A DNA stretch of 63,588 nucleotides, filler included, from Octopus bimaculoides (lineage: Eukaryota): assembly GCF_001194135.2 (NCBI RefSeq). It is 6 parts of 4 records of this genome, joined end to end, with 100 filler letters (N's around TTAATTAATTAA, not from the genome) between each part and the next. Parts side by side here need not be neighbours in the genome. Positions count along the whole stretch, not along the records: positions 1 to 13,958 come from NC_068983.1; 5 more parts are not named here. One strand, given 5' to 3'. This document shows, in pieces, positions 1 to 12,880 of the stretch (positions within the stretch are counted from its first letter, which is position 1; each line of letters begins with the position of its first letter). Under the pieces are notes generated by a model. That model searched no databases and was not told the DNA's origin. It saw only the letters and a program-made list of their open reading frames with translations. The translations under genes were made by a program, and so were the position numbers.

Positions 1-238
1 ACTGATTGTTCACAAAATTTGCTCTGAATAAAGATTAAATAGTTTTTTAAGGTACAACTCTATCTGAAATAAATTGATTAAAACAAGTAAAATCACAAAT
101 AATCTTTATATGTATTCCCTCTTCTCCCGACTCTAACAAAAGAAAAATAAAGAGACTTCATTTTATTTTTATATTTTCAGTGTAAAAAAGTCAGACCAAG
201 AAGCCAATCATATGACTTGTGACTGAAACAAAACTGAC

Positions 239-240
<2 letters not shown>

Positions 241-309
<69 letters not shown>

Positions 310-313
310 ACAC
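241..313. repeat. (CA)n-(CG)7-(CA)n microsatellite
   Basis: Direct reading; CG tract at 293-306. Confidence 0.95.
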
Positions 314-480
314 AGCATAATAGAAGTAGTAATAATAAGGGTTACGACGAAGTAGCATTCACATTTATATATAAATGCAGCTTCAAATAGACCTACAAAT
401 GTTTCGCATCGGTTAGTAAGCGTTGCAATTGCGACTGTACTGTGATATCGATATAGTTTCTTCAGGGTCTTCACTGTAAT

Positions 481-533
481 GTATACATACATGCATACAT
501 ACATACATACATACATACACACACATACACGCG

Positions 534-622
<89 letters not shown>
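481..622. repeat. (TACA)n / (CA)n / (TA)n compound microsatellite
   Basis: Direct reading. Confidence 0.95.
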
Positions 623-625
<3 letters not shown>

Positions 626-979
626 AAGGTACGAAACTGTATATTAGCAATTGTTTGATAACTGATGAAGCATTAGGGACCTTCTGTGTTTGTCTCCCAT
701 TCTGTTTTACACTCACTATACGTTATGTATTTTTCATTTATTAAGTAATGCAACGATACATACACCGAAATTGTATATATATATGATGCGGAATATGAAC
801 GTAAATAAATTAATTAAAAAGTCTCTATCTGATCTGATATAAACGAAATTGTTACAAACACACATATGGACGCACATACTTACATATAAGCACGAACACA
901 TAAGTGCGTGCCCACATATGAGTGTGCACACATACGAGCTTGCACACACTCACATGCTCATACCAAACAGTTTCGAAGC

Positions 980-1008
980 AACGCCAAAACAACGCCAAAA
1001 CAACGCCA
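980..1008. repeat. 11-bp tandem repeat AACGCCAAAAC, about 2.6 copies
   Basis: Direct reading. Confidence 0.85.
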
Positions 1009-1733
1009 GATCATACATTCAAAATAAATGGAAGTGGAGAGACAAGTTACTGAAGAGATTGCAAGAGTGCAATGAAATAAATTAACAAAAANNNNNNNNN
1101 NNNNNNNNNNNNNNNNNNNNNNNNNNNNNNNNNNNNNNNNNNNNNNNNNNNNNNNNNNNNNNNNNNNNNNNNNNNNNNNNNNNNNNNNNNNNNNNNNNNN
1201 NNNNNNNNNNNNNNNNNNNNNNNNNNNNNNNNNNNNNNNNNNNNNNNNNNNNNNNNNNNNNNNNNNNNNNNNNNNNNNNNNNNNNNNNNNNNNNNNNNNN
1301 NNNNNNNNNNNNNNNNNNNNNNNNNNNNNNNNNNNNNNNNNNNNNNNNNNNNNNNNNNNNNNNNNNNNNTATATATATATATATATATTTACCTATATAT
1401 ATATTTATCTATTTATTTATTTATTTATTTATTTATTTATGCATACGTACACACATGTATGCATACTATACTATAGTAGGAAAGGATGCGATCAGGAGCA
1501 ACCACTTTACTTTTCAGGTCCAGCTCATATTTGAATATGGTAACTACATGTTTGTAACTTGTATTTCTGATCTACCTGAAGCAGCTTTCAGATTGATTAT
1601 GCGTGCTTTACTTATGAGGTGCATCTAATGATCGTATTTATAGTGTAACATTAAGTAGTATTACATAATATTGAAACATATGTAACTGATAAAATAAAGC
1701 AAGACCTAGTTCAAGCCCATATTCTTTTCTCTC

Positions 1734-1779
<46 letters not shown>

Positions 1780-2480
1780 GGAATTTTACTTTAATTGGTC
1801 CAGGAGACGCGGAGTTCATCTTTAATAAGCCGTTTATATGTTGTTTTCAAGCAGAAAACATGAATCCATATAAAATAAAACCTAAATTTGTGATTATATT
1901 GAGAATTTCATCCGAGTAAGTATTATAAAAAATGTTTGTAGAATACAAGCATACACAAGACAGACGACATACATTCCACGCAGTACATTCAGAAGATAGA
2001 ACAGATACGCCCGTTCTGATAATGCATAGGAAATACTTAGCTTGGAGTTTGGTTAGTACTGATAGTAAAAAGATGAGAGTTCACGTATGGAGAGTATTTG
2101 ATGTATAAAGGGGCCACAGGTTGTAGACCAGGGACAGAACTGATAACATATTACACAAAGTAGCCAAGTAAGCATCGGATAACCGAATGGATAGCTTACT
2201 GTTCTTGGAATGAATTCAAATGGTTTCGTAGTAGAGTATTTGAACACTTTATTTCTGTCGTAGGATTGACAGAATCGCAATATCTTAATTTTTTTTTATT
2301 AGTGTGGTCCACTTCTCGAGAAAGGTGACCCAAGTCTACTTTATTCAATAAGCTTCAATTTATTTTGATTTTGTATTTCGTTTGCAAAATTCTTGATATG
2401 TCGTGAATTGAAATATATTTTGATATAGATTGGGTTCTATTTCTCCTCCTTTTTTTTATATTAGTGAATTAAAAAAAAAA

Positions 2481-2726
2481 TCGCCCTTTTAAAGCCTAGC
2501 CAGGCTCATGGGCCCGGTTTTCCGGTTTCTATGGCGTATATGTTCCCCAGCTGGACGGGACACCGCAGTCCATGGCAGCGTTACTCATTTTTGCCAGCTG
2601 AGTGGACTGGAGCAACGTGAAATGAAGTGTTTTGCTCAAGAACACAACGCGTCGCCCGGTCCAGGAATCGAAACCACAATCTTACGATCATGGTGCTGAC
2701 ACCCTAACCACTAAGCCACGCGCCTC
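2481..2726 (-). mobile_element. tRNA-derived SINE (family A; CORE/Meta-like central domain)
   Basis: Minus strand has A box TGGCTTAGTGG, B box GGTTTCGATTCC, then GTGTTCTTGAGCAAAACACTTC...CAGTCCACTCAGCTGGCAAAAATGAGTA; the same head and core recur at about 7330-7465 and 18405-18545. Confidence 0.85.
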
Positions 2727-3289
2727 GATATATTAATCGATTGTCTGAGGAAGAGTTCGCTCAATCAGTCAGCTAGGTTTGTTAAAATAGACTTGGCATT
2801 CATGGGATCATTAATGGCTTAGCATATTGACTGATTGGCCAAATCCTTGCTCAAACAACGAGTTGGTTAATTGGTCAACCAATTGACAAACAAAAAATAA
2901 AGAAATGAAAAAGAATCAGTGCGCATGTTTATTATTGACATACAACAAAATTCAGGTTTTTTTATCTGTCGAATATAAATCGGAAACATCAGCTAACACA
3001 ATGAAGGAATGCTAACCAAATCTAGCTTGAGAAACCACCAAACACCGTATGAATTTTTAAACACTCTCTATAGAAACACGGTAAGTTTATCTGTAAATGA
3101 ATTTGTCGAGTAATTAGGTAGAGAGAAGTCTGCAACAATTCGAGCAGGGAGATTATGTTCAGGTGAATGCCTGGAAAAATTTTTTACCCGAATCCTGTAT
3201 TCTTTTCTAATTTTAGATAATATCTTAAATTAGAAACCACATGACCCGACTGATGACTGACAGCTAAGAGAAAAAAGTCAGATAATGCA

Positions 3290-5930
3290 GCAGTTGGCAT
3301 GGTTGCAAACAAAACTAAGCCATGCCCACCCACGCACAAGACCGTCACAAATAACAGACCCAGGATGGTCACAATTTCTGCAAAGCCGACCATCACACCA
3401 ACTCTAATAAACATCAGAGGCTTCTTGCAAAACAACAGTAAATGCAAAATTGCGTTCCTGAGGGATCTTTGTACATGCAATCAAGCAAAATGTATTGCGC
3501 TTACGGAGACACAGCTATTTGCTGACATAAATGATGCAGAGATACACGTACTAATGTATATAGTATTCAGTGCAGACAGAAGAGAAAGAAGTTACGGTGG
3601 AATTGCACTATACAGCCGGGAAGATGTCACACCACTAACCCTGTTGTCACATTCAAACTCGGTCTGTGACACTCTCATAGTGCATTTAAACTACCTTGAC
3701 GTGGTAATATGCATATTATATCACCCACCCATGCCTCAAATCACGGTCGGAAGACGACATAACCTCAGGAATGACACTCAAAGAGAACAGAATCTCTACC
3801 TGATCTCATGAAAATGCTGTTCATAGAGCGAACCATACTCTCCCCAACTAGAAACAATAACATATTAGACATCTGCTTCACCAACAACATGGAGCTTATC
3901 CACAATGTGAAAATATCACAATCTTCTCAGTCTACAACATGATAGAACTGACGATGTATGGTTCAAGACTAATTAACGATGTATTCTCACAAATGGCACT
4001 CAAACGCTATTCAGGCTGAATTCCTACAAGGTTGACTGGAAGTCAATTGAAAAACAGATGCTCCAACAGAATTGGCTTAAAAGTCTCTCTATGTAACACA
4101 TTGATATGAAATTTAAAGAATCCATATCAATAATCTTCTCTACAAAAGGCACAAGGCCTGAAATTTGAGGGGAGTGGGTTAGTCGATTATATCGACCACA
4201 GTGTTCAACTGGTACTCATTTTGATCGACCCCAAGAGGATGAAAGACAGAGTCGACCTCGGCGGAATTTGAACTCAGAACGTAAAAACGGACGAAATGCC
4301 GCAAACCATATGCAAATAAGCAAGCTTGATGAATTTTCCAACACCGCACATCAACATGGAAACGAGGCAACCATCGATTACATCAATATAAAAGAGGAAG
4401 ATGTTATACAGGCCATTGATGAGATTAATTCGAACTCAGCAATGGGCTCAGATTGATTTTCGGCATTTCTTTTAAGGATATGCAAGAAAGCGCCCGCAAA
4501 ACTACAGCAAATACTTTTTCAGAGTTTACTTGCATGTGGTAAACATCCAAAACTGTTAAAAAGAAGGTATCGCATGCTCTGTCCACAAAGGAGGAAGTAG
4601 AGCAGATGCCAAAATTACAGGCTTATCTCTCTGTTAGCAAGGTCATGCAACGCATTGTCATATGGAGGCTGAACACGTGCCATGAAGAAAGCAAGTTGCT
4701 CACAAACAGACACGACTTCCGTCTCGGGAGGAGCTGTCCAACACAACTATTACAACATTACGACTGGGTAGTGAAACAACAGCTTAACTACTCTCAAATG
4801 TGGATGTGATACATTTCGACTTTGTCAAGGCTTTTGATAAAGCTGATCATGGTATGTCACAAACTGCGTGACCTTGGTATTGCTGGAAAACTAAGAGAGT
4901 GGTTGAGGAGACAACAATTCTCAGCGGAATCCTTTAAGGAACTGTACTAGGACCACTACCTTTTAGGGTAGCTCTCACAGAAATACCCTTAGACATACAG
5001 TCAGCCACTCTCACCAGCTATTCTGATGATACAAAAATATCACAGGCAGTCAAGGACCTTGCAGATATACTAAAACAACTTGCAAAAACAACCTGAATGC
5101 AATATACAAATGGGCGAATGAAAATAACATGCACTGCAATACTGAGAAGTTTCAAGCACTCCACTATCGGCCAACAAGCAGACTACAGGAGGTAGTGCAA
5201 CCGCACTATCAGAGTCGGTGAATGGCCTGGAATACACATGAGTAATGATGCAACATTCCATATGCATGTTACCAAGATGCCAACACTGCAGGTGAGCAGC
5301 TGGGTGGATTCTGAGATTATTCAGAACCAAGAAAAAGGATACTATGTTACTCTTATGGGGAGCTTCCAACTGTGGTCGGCGCAGTGCTTCAAACTGGTTG
5401 AGAAATTTGATGCAATCCAGCGTCACTACACAAAGAAGACTGACTCGCTGAGAGAGTTTAAAGGAAATGAAGTTCTACTCCATAGAAAGAAGGCGTAAAA
5501 GATATGCATTGATAATTATATGGGAGATTCTGGAAGGTCTAGCACCCAACTTTGAAAGCTATACCAACTATCGAATTGGATGGCACTGCATGGTACCAAA
5601 TACCCTGTCTTCTTTTTTTATTTTTATCTCGAATAAGGAACCAGTACTGTAACAGTTTGGGTTTCAAGGGTCCACAACTATTCGACATTCTGCCAAACAA
5701 CCTCAGAGACTTGCAATGCGCAGATATGGAGGTTTTAAAAGATCGTCTAGACACATTTTTATCTAAGGTACCAGATGAACTCACATCGCAGCAGGAAGTG
5801 CAAAAAAGAGCAGCTTCGTCCAACTCGTTACTTCACCAGAAACGTACAAAAAAGAAACCCAACCGCACTGAAAGGCGGTGTTACAGCATGGCTTCAGCTT
5901 CTGGCTCAAACAGTAAACGATAAGAGAAAA
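3290..5930 (+). mobile_element. Decayed CR1-group LINE (APE endonuclease plus reverse transcriptase), frameshifted
   Basis: NIRG...IALTET...GGIALY...YHPP (APE), DICFTN, FDFVKAFDK, GTVLGPLLF, YSDDTK and C-terminal SIERRRKRY...LDTFLSKVPDE, spread over several frames with stops. Confidence 0.9.
4146..4305 (-). mobile_element. tRNA-derived SINE (family B, Nin-domain-like) nested in the LINE
   Basis: GGATGAAAG..AGTCGACCTCGGCGGAATTTGAACTCAGAACG is shared with copies at 28440-28690 and 60722-60930. Confidence 0.85.
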
Positions 5931-6006
5931 GATGAAAGATAAAAGGTATTACGAAAATGTAATTAAATTACATTCAACCACATGGATAAAATATGATAAT
6001 CCCGAT

Positions 6007-6096
6007 AACATGATATATATATGTATGCATGTATGTATGTATGTATGTATGTATGTATGTATGTATGTATGTATGTATGTATGTATNNNNNNNNNN

Positions 6097-6132
<36 letters not shown>
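6007..6132. repeat. (TATG)n and (TA)n microsatellites around a 10-N gap
   Basis: Direct reading. Confidence 0.9.
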
Positions 6133-6137
<5 letters not shown>

Positions 6138-6381
6138 TACACAAACACACACAGGCACAACGACATCTTCATAATGTACATCCTGACTATAATGTCTTGC
6201 AGAAAACTGCGCTGAGGTTAGTATTTCTATTCGAATATATAATTAATTACTTGCGAATTGGATATGTTACATATTATAAAACGCAATATGTATCCCGTCG
6301 GTCTCGCTGGGACACACATTACATCACTGAAATTTCATGTCTGAGCAACCTTTACTCTTGCAGTAATAGCAATATGAAATA

Positions 6382-6603
6382 CAGTAATCCCTCGACTATC
6401 ACGGGTGTTACGTTCCAACCACCCCAATAGCGATAGGTGAAGATTCGCGAAGTAGAAATAGTACAGTACTGTATATCTTTTAAAATTATTTTTATAATTT
6501 CTATATATTTTATTAAAAATGCAAAGCAATACCACAGAGGAATCGACGTAAGCTTAAATAATAAACCGCGGTAGGTGAACCACGATATGGCGAGGGATTA
6601 CCG
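6382..6603. mobile_element. Tigger/pogo-type MITE, 222 bp
   Basis: TIRs CAGTAATCCCTCG...CGAGGGATTACCG flanked by TA; second copy at 46522-46736. Confidence 0.9.
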
Positions 6604-6644
6604 TAGTCTTGTCTACTCACAAGTATTATCATTCTCGATATCAA

Positions 6645-6775
6645 ATGTGGGTTCAAATTCTGCTGAGGTCGACTTTACTTTTCATCCTTTCGCGATCGAC
6701 AAAATAAATATCAACTGCAGACAGAAGTCAATGTAATCAAATTACCCACCCACTTCAAAATTTCAAAAACCTATA
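6645..6775 (+). mobile_element. SINE family B fragment
   Basis: GGTTCAAATTCTGCTGAGGTCGACTTTACTTTTCATCCTTTCG. Confidence 0.75.
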
Positions 6776-7169
6776 TCAAGCCGACACACAAAAATCAGTT
6801 GTAGCAACCGCAGCAGGAACAGTGGTAACAACAGAAACAGGAATGGCAGAAGAAAGAACAATCCAATGACACCTGAAAATCGTGCTGGGGTGTACACCGC
6901 CGTTGGTAAGTGGAGAAGGGATACTGTTGTGCTCACTGCTGTTATAGCAACCACCAGAATTTGCAAGTGCACAGGAAAAGAGTTGACAAAAAATATAACA
7001 GGATCACTTTATTATACTGTGTTGTATACAATAAGCCACTTCGTGCTGGAAATGTACAGTAAGGTTCTCAGCTAGCTAGCTGTATGCTATATATGAAGCT
7101 ATGACCTTAGATTACACCTACTTCCACCAACTATCTACGTGTTATAAATTAGTTTGATCAAAGATGGCC

Positions 7170-7465
7170 TAGCACTTCATCGGTTACGACGATGAGTGTT
7201 CCTGCTGATTCGATCAACCAAACAGCCCGCTCGTGCAATGAATGTGCAAGTGGCTGAGAACTCCACAGACACGTGCCTTTAATGTAGTTCTCAAGGAGAT
7301 TCAGTGTGACACAAAATGTGACAAGTTGCAACTCATTTTTTTGCCAGCTGAGTGAATTGGAGCAACGAGAAATAAAATGTCTTGCTTAAGGACACAACGC
7401 GTCGCCGGGAATCGAGCTTACAATCCTGAGCTGAATACCTTAACCACCAAGCTACGTGCCTTCAC
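7170..7465 (-). mobile_element. SINE family A, internally deleted
   Basis: Head and core shared with 2575-2726; 3' part matches 58440-58630 in the opposite orientation. Confidence 0.8.
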
Positions 7466-10400
7466 GATAAAAAAATAATTCGAGTTTAAACAGTATCGAC
7501 AACAGCTATTACCATTACAAAATGCCCTGAAAAGTCCTGATACTCCATGTAGATTCAATTACCGATATATAATGTGACTTCCACTTCTCACTATGAATAT
7601 TTTTTTTATTGTAGTATGAGCCCCCACTTTAAAAAACAAACAAAAAATGATAACGTTAAGTTATTTATGTATGGGAAACTGTATACTGTCAATAATGAAT
7701 GTGCAATACTAGAGAGATACAATTGCTAGTATCACTCAAATGCATATATCGTCATTCGTATGATAATTCATTGTGATATTTCTCTCAATTCAAAGCAATG
7801 TTTATTAAGATATACTCATTGTTTTATTCCGTGTTAATAGAAAATTAACTGTCTATAATCTGAGTAGATTACACTTTATTACAAAATTTAGTTATTAGAT
7901 AAAAATAATGAACGGAGACAGTAAATCCCGGCAGAAAAAGTAGACACGACATGACTCCGTCAGAATTCTGTATAGTTTGTTTAAATCGATAATATATGGA
8001 AAAATTCTCAAGTTATCTTTGTCCAATCTTTATATCAACAAGATCGATAAAACGCAAGCTAAGTCACAAAACATTGATAGCTTGCAATCTATGAAATCGA
8101 TGGAGAAGTAGAAAGAAAATAGAAGCATAACAACGTAACTTTCCAACATAATATTAATAAACGAAACAAAGAAAATGAGAGGAATTCACAAGTTCTAGAT
8201 ACAGACAGACTGGAGCATAGTTTTTAATAAGAAAGGCAAATGAGAAGAAATAAAAATATCCTTAGCATTACGACGGATGTTCATGCCAGTTATTTTAAAA
8301 TTCTATGAGTTGAAGTGGTGAAGTCAATGACATCGCTACTTCAAAATAACTTTCGTGTCTTCTTCCTGTTCATAATCACCTAAACTTAGATATCTGCGCA
8401 TTTCTCTACTACCTTGTTGTCCTGTCTAACATTGCTACCTGGGCCAACGCAGGAAACTCTACACGGTGAATTACCCGGCTAGAAATAGCAGCCAAATCTC
8501 CCGTGAATCACATCTTACAGTGTGATGAAAGTAAAGTCACATTGGATGATGTTCGAGAAACACCACGACCGGAAACAGACGGATTAGTCTCGGTTGTTTG
8601 TAACATCATTTATCACAAATCTGCTGGACCAGGACTTGACGTAGGACTAAAGATCAACAGCAAGAACAACAATACAATAACGATAATAATTTATATGAAG
8701 TTAATCGCCAAGTAGTGATGATTCTAAAGATGCAATAAAACCGTTGAAAAAGTTCCACAGAATTTTTCAACGAGTTTATTTCTTATCGCAATGCTGGGTG
8801 TTGTAAGATGCTAGTTTTGAAAGGCACCATCCCATAGTAAACCCAGGATTTTTAATAAAGTAAAAATGCCCTTCATAAAAGTTCTAGAGAAAAACAGAAT
8901 TAGGAATACCACGTTTTAAAGATATATTGTTCTAGGTGTATCGTCATTCTATAAAGAAGGGAAAAGAAAAGTGTTCGAAAAGAATCATCGTCCATGTCGT
9001 CGTCATCATAATCATCATCATCGTTATCACCACCACCACCACCATCATCATCATTGCCATTAACAATATGAGTCCTTTAGTCCTTGAAGTCAGTTAATGC
9101 ACCACTACAAATAAAAGAACTCATGCTGATAGTGAGGGAAAGAGACAAGAGCATAACAAGCCTATCGTGTAGCCTAGTCTGACAACTTTACAGCAATGAC
9201 AATCAAGTTTTGTTCGCTTTGCTAGTGAATCGATTTTTAGTGATAAAATATTTTAGCGATGCGGACATCAGCTGTAGCAATGAATTGTTTTGAGAAGTAA
9301 TTCTTGGAATCAGTATTGTTCGGGTCGATATAGTCTAAATATAATCATCCGAAAACTAAAATTCTAATTTAAGACCATTATCAGGACGCTTTGGGGAGAA
9401 ATATATTCTTCGTTACTTCTGGGTAATTGAGAATACAATTAAAATTCTTGCCAAAACAACACAAGTTAACTGAAATTTTCTCCAAAGTTCTTCCTAAATT
9501 AGATTAGATTAATCAATACAATTTTTATCTGAGCCAGTAATGGCGTATCTGACATAATTCAATATTTTCTGTAACTGCAGTCTTATCTTAACACGTCGGC
9601 TAGTCACATATACGATTATCTGTAAAGTTTCAAATATTTATTTAGATAGCAACATACATAACATATACAACACCTGAAAATTGCTGCAGCATATAAATTT
9701 TCGCATATTTAGATGAATTTTAGACATTATCAGTAAGATGTCACTTCTGAACACAAATTCTATTTATCTAACATTTTTATTTCTGTTTCCTAAACATATA
9801 ATTACTATCTTAGCCACCGAACATATAAACATATAAGCACTGTCACAGCTATCTGGCATATAACGAACATTGCAGCCTATAAGCTTTATTAGTGAGAAAT
9901 TTAATCAATATTTATGCAAAATATACACTATATAAGCATTATCGGGGTCAGGAAATATTTACATTATAAATATTATCAATGTCAGTAGACTTTCATTATC
10001 AGTATCTTAGAAATAACGATAGTTTTGCGGAAGAATTTGTATTAGTCTGCGAATGTTCCCATCTCCAAGTAGTAATTGATGGAAGGATATAACTTATAAA
10101 ATAGCCAATACCAAATAGTAATGTGGGAGTCTGCCTTATATTAGAGCCATTCCGAACATTATACTACAATACACTACACTTCTAGACTAACGCACTATAC
10201 TATTCTTACTACATAATATTACATATCAATAAAAACTCAATACTACCTCAAAGCTGACGTAACTCTGTATTTTCTATTTATCTAGCCTATAACAATGTAC
10301 AATACTTACAGTAGTATCATTCTATTGGGACTTTCATTGCTAATATAAGCAAATTCGACGAAGTGGATGCGTCTTACATGTGAACTATTGTTTTGTTTAT

Positions 10401-10925
10401 TTTGGTTGTGAAAAACTAATGCTTTTTTTCTATTTTAGCCACTAACGTTTTGTGTCTCATCTTCACTGTATCAAACCCTAACAACCACATTTATTGGTTG
10501 TTGACGCCACTGAATCTAGTTTTTCTGTCTCAATGCTCAAAACCATGAAAATCCCAAGAGAGCTGAAGAGGGGTATTTTTTGTTTCTTGTAATCGTTTCG
10601 CTAATATATATATGCACACATTATCTATGACGATCGAATGTTTTCTCCAAAACAGTGTGGCTCGGCATGCAGTAATCAATGTGTCTTTGTTTAGACGCTT
10701 GTGTGTAATTTGTAGGAGTGTTGGTTGCACTTCTAGCAGATCAAGCGGCCTCAAAGTGGTTTCTCGTTTAGAAGCAAGAGAAGTTAGCAATAGAGTTTCT
10801 AAAACAAGTGCCTGTCTAAGTATATAGATGTCCCCATCACTAACACTCCTAGCAATACAAAATGGGACAGACTGGAGAAGCCCAAGCTTAAACACGCTTT
10901 TTATCTATATTTCATAATACAGATT

Positions 10926-10926
<1 letters not shown>

Positions 10927-11002
<76 letters not shown>
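10927..11002. repeat. (CA)n microsatellite
   Basis: Direct reading. Confidence 0.95.
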
Positions 11003-12301
11003 GACCGTGAAAATAGCGTTAGTATAGTTTCGCGTGACCTGTAACTTTCACTTTTGGAACATCGTTTCGCTTGTGCCAAAACAAATGTATTACAATTTCA
11101 TTCAGTTCGTCAACCGGACACACGCACACACGTACACACATACACGTACGATAACACACACACACACTTGCAAGACACATAAGCTGTTTCGGCTTTCGTT
11201 TTCGAGTATTTCAGGAATTTTCCGTTTAGTAGTGTTCCTCTCGAAAAGAAAATAAAAAATTATAAAAACATAATTTAGAGAATTTCGAGATTCGGAATAA
11301 TCAGATATAGGATTTAAATAACGGTTATCAAATACACTAGCAGGTGAAAGATTACTGTTACCAACAACGTAAACTCTACCAACAAAAAACAATATATCTG
11401 TGGTTCTTAAACATTTTTCCTCCACAGCACACAGAATGATGTTTAAAATATTTTTGAAAATTAAAAGATGTACCTACCCGTGTTCCCGACCGCCTGTTTG
11501 GTTTCGGTGTTTATAAAAGAAATTTTCACCGCTTCCAGGCGGCAGTACTGCTCATTTTGAGAAGTATTGCTTTAGGGCAAATAGAAACGTGGGTATGAGA
11601 TGTTGTGACGCAGCCGTTTTAGCGTCACTGATGTGGCATCGGTGATTCGACGTTTGACTTATTTGACATCANNNNNNNNNNNNNNNNNNNNNNNNNNNNN
11701 NNNNNNNNNNNNNNNNNNNNNNNNNNNNNNNNNNNNNNNNNNNNNNNNNNNNNNNNNNNNNNNNNNNNNNNNNNNNNNNNNNNNNNNNNNNNNNNNNNNN
11801 NNNNNNNNNNNNNNNNNNNNNNNNNNNNNNNNNNNNNNNNNNNNNNNNNNNNNNNNNNNNNNNNNNNNNNNNNNNNNNNNNNNNNNNNNNNNNNNNNNNN
11901 NNNNNNNNNNNNNNNNNNNNNNNNNNNNNNNNNNNNNNNNNNNNNNNNNNNNNNNNNNNNNNNNNNNNNNNNNNNNNNNNNNNNNNNNNNNNNNNNNNNN
12001 NNNNNNNNNNNNNNNNNNNNNNNNNNNNNNNNNNNNNNNNNNNNNNNNNNNNNNNNNNNNNNNNNNNNNNNNNNNNNNNNNNNNNNNNNNNNNNNTAAAA
12101 ACATTTTGGTGCCATTTGAGCTTATAGTAAAAGAAAAATGCCTCAAGAACATTTTCATAAATTTTAACTTATAATTATGAACAATTTAAACTACAAATTT
12201 ATTATTATTTCTTTATTCAGCAAGTAGAACAAAATTTTTGCTCGATTTTTACATATATAAATGTGAATTAATTTCTATAGTGTATCTAGCTACATCGCTC
12301 G

Positions 12302-12367
12302 ACATACATACATACATACATACATACATACATACATACATACATACATACATACATACATACATAC
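12302..12367. repeat. (TACA)n microsatellite
   Basis: Direct reading; a second tract lies at about 12760-12880. Confidence 0.95.
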
Positions 12368-12729
12368 GTACATTAGGATGTGTAACAAACTATCTCAGCA
12401 GCAGTTTTGAGAAATTGGGGCTCACGAAACCAGAAGGGAGAAAGTTAATTAGAAGATTACAAATACAAGCCATCAATAGAACTGCCCAAATATGTAAATC
12501 TTTCCAAATGTTTAGCGTTTAAGTACATATGCACATGTTTAGACTCGTAACTATATGAATATACACACATAAAAGGAAGTATACAGATCTGCATATACAC
12601 TGACTCCAAATACTTGCACATATACACACAAACATTTTGATGTTGAAATGCTAATGAATGAGACTTAGATCTGCGTTGGAAACCAACTCTTTTTCCAATG
12701 GCAAGAAACCTAGAAATAAAACTAAATAT
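12368..12729 (+). mobile_element. R4/Dong-type non-LTR retrotransposon, 3' end (copy A)
   Basis: LGCVTNYLSSSFEKLGLTKPEGRKLIRRLQIQAINRTAQICKSFQMFSV* resembles the end of an RLE ORF; the 3' terminus (GAAACC..CTCTTTT...CAAGAAA...GAAATAAAACT) aligns with the copy B terminus. Confidence 0.75.
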
Positions 12730-12880
12730 CATACACACATCCTATACAGTAATACTCATACATACATGCTTACATACATACATACATACATACATACATG
12801 CATGCATGCATACATATATACATACACACATACATACATACATATGCATACATACATACATACATACATACATACATACG

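Noticed and set aside
661-680. CTGATGAAG motif
   Set aside because: No stem II or GAAA partner; not a hammerhead.
208-716. ORFs with [12 protein letters not shown] runs here and across the window
   Set aside because: Translations of (CA)n, (TA)n and (TACA)n microsatellites; not genes.
1985-2030. CAGAAGAT-AGAAC...GTTCT-GATAA hairpin resembling a hammerhead
   Set aside because: Both core halves are mismatched; too weak to call.
2664-2725. tRNA-like A/B boxes (also at 33870-33915 and in other SINE heads)
   Set aside because: Continue into SINE bodies and lack a full cloverleaf; not tRNA genes.
11625-12158. Long poly-X ORFs (also 59843-60745)
   Set aside because: Read-through of N gaps.
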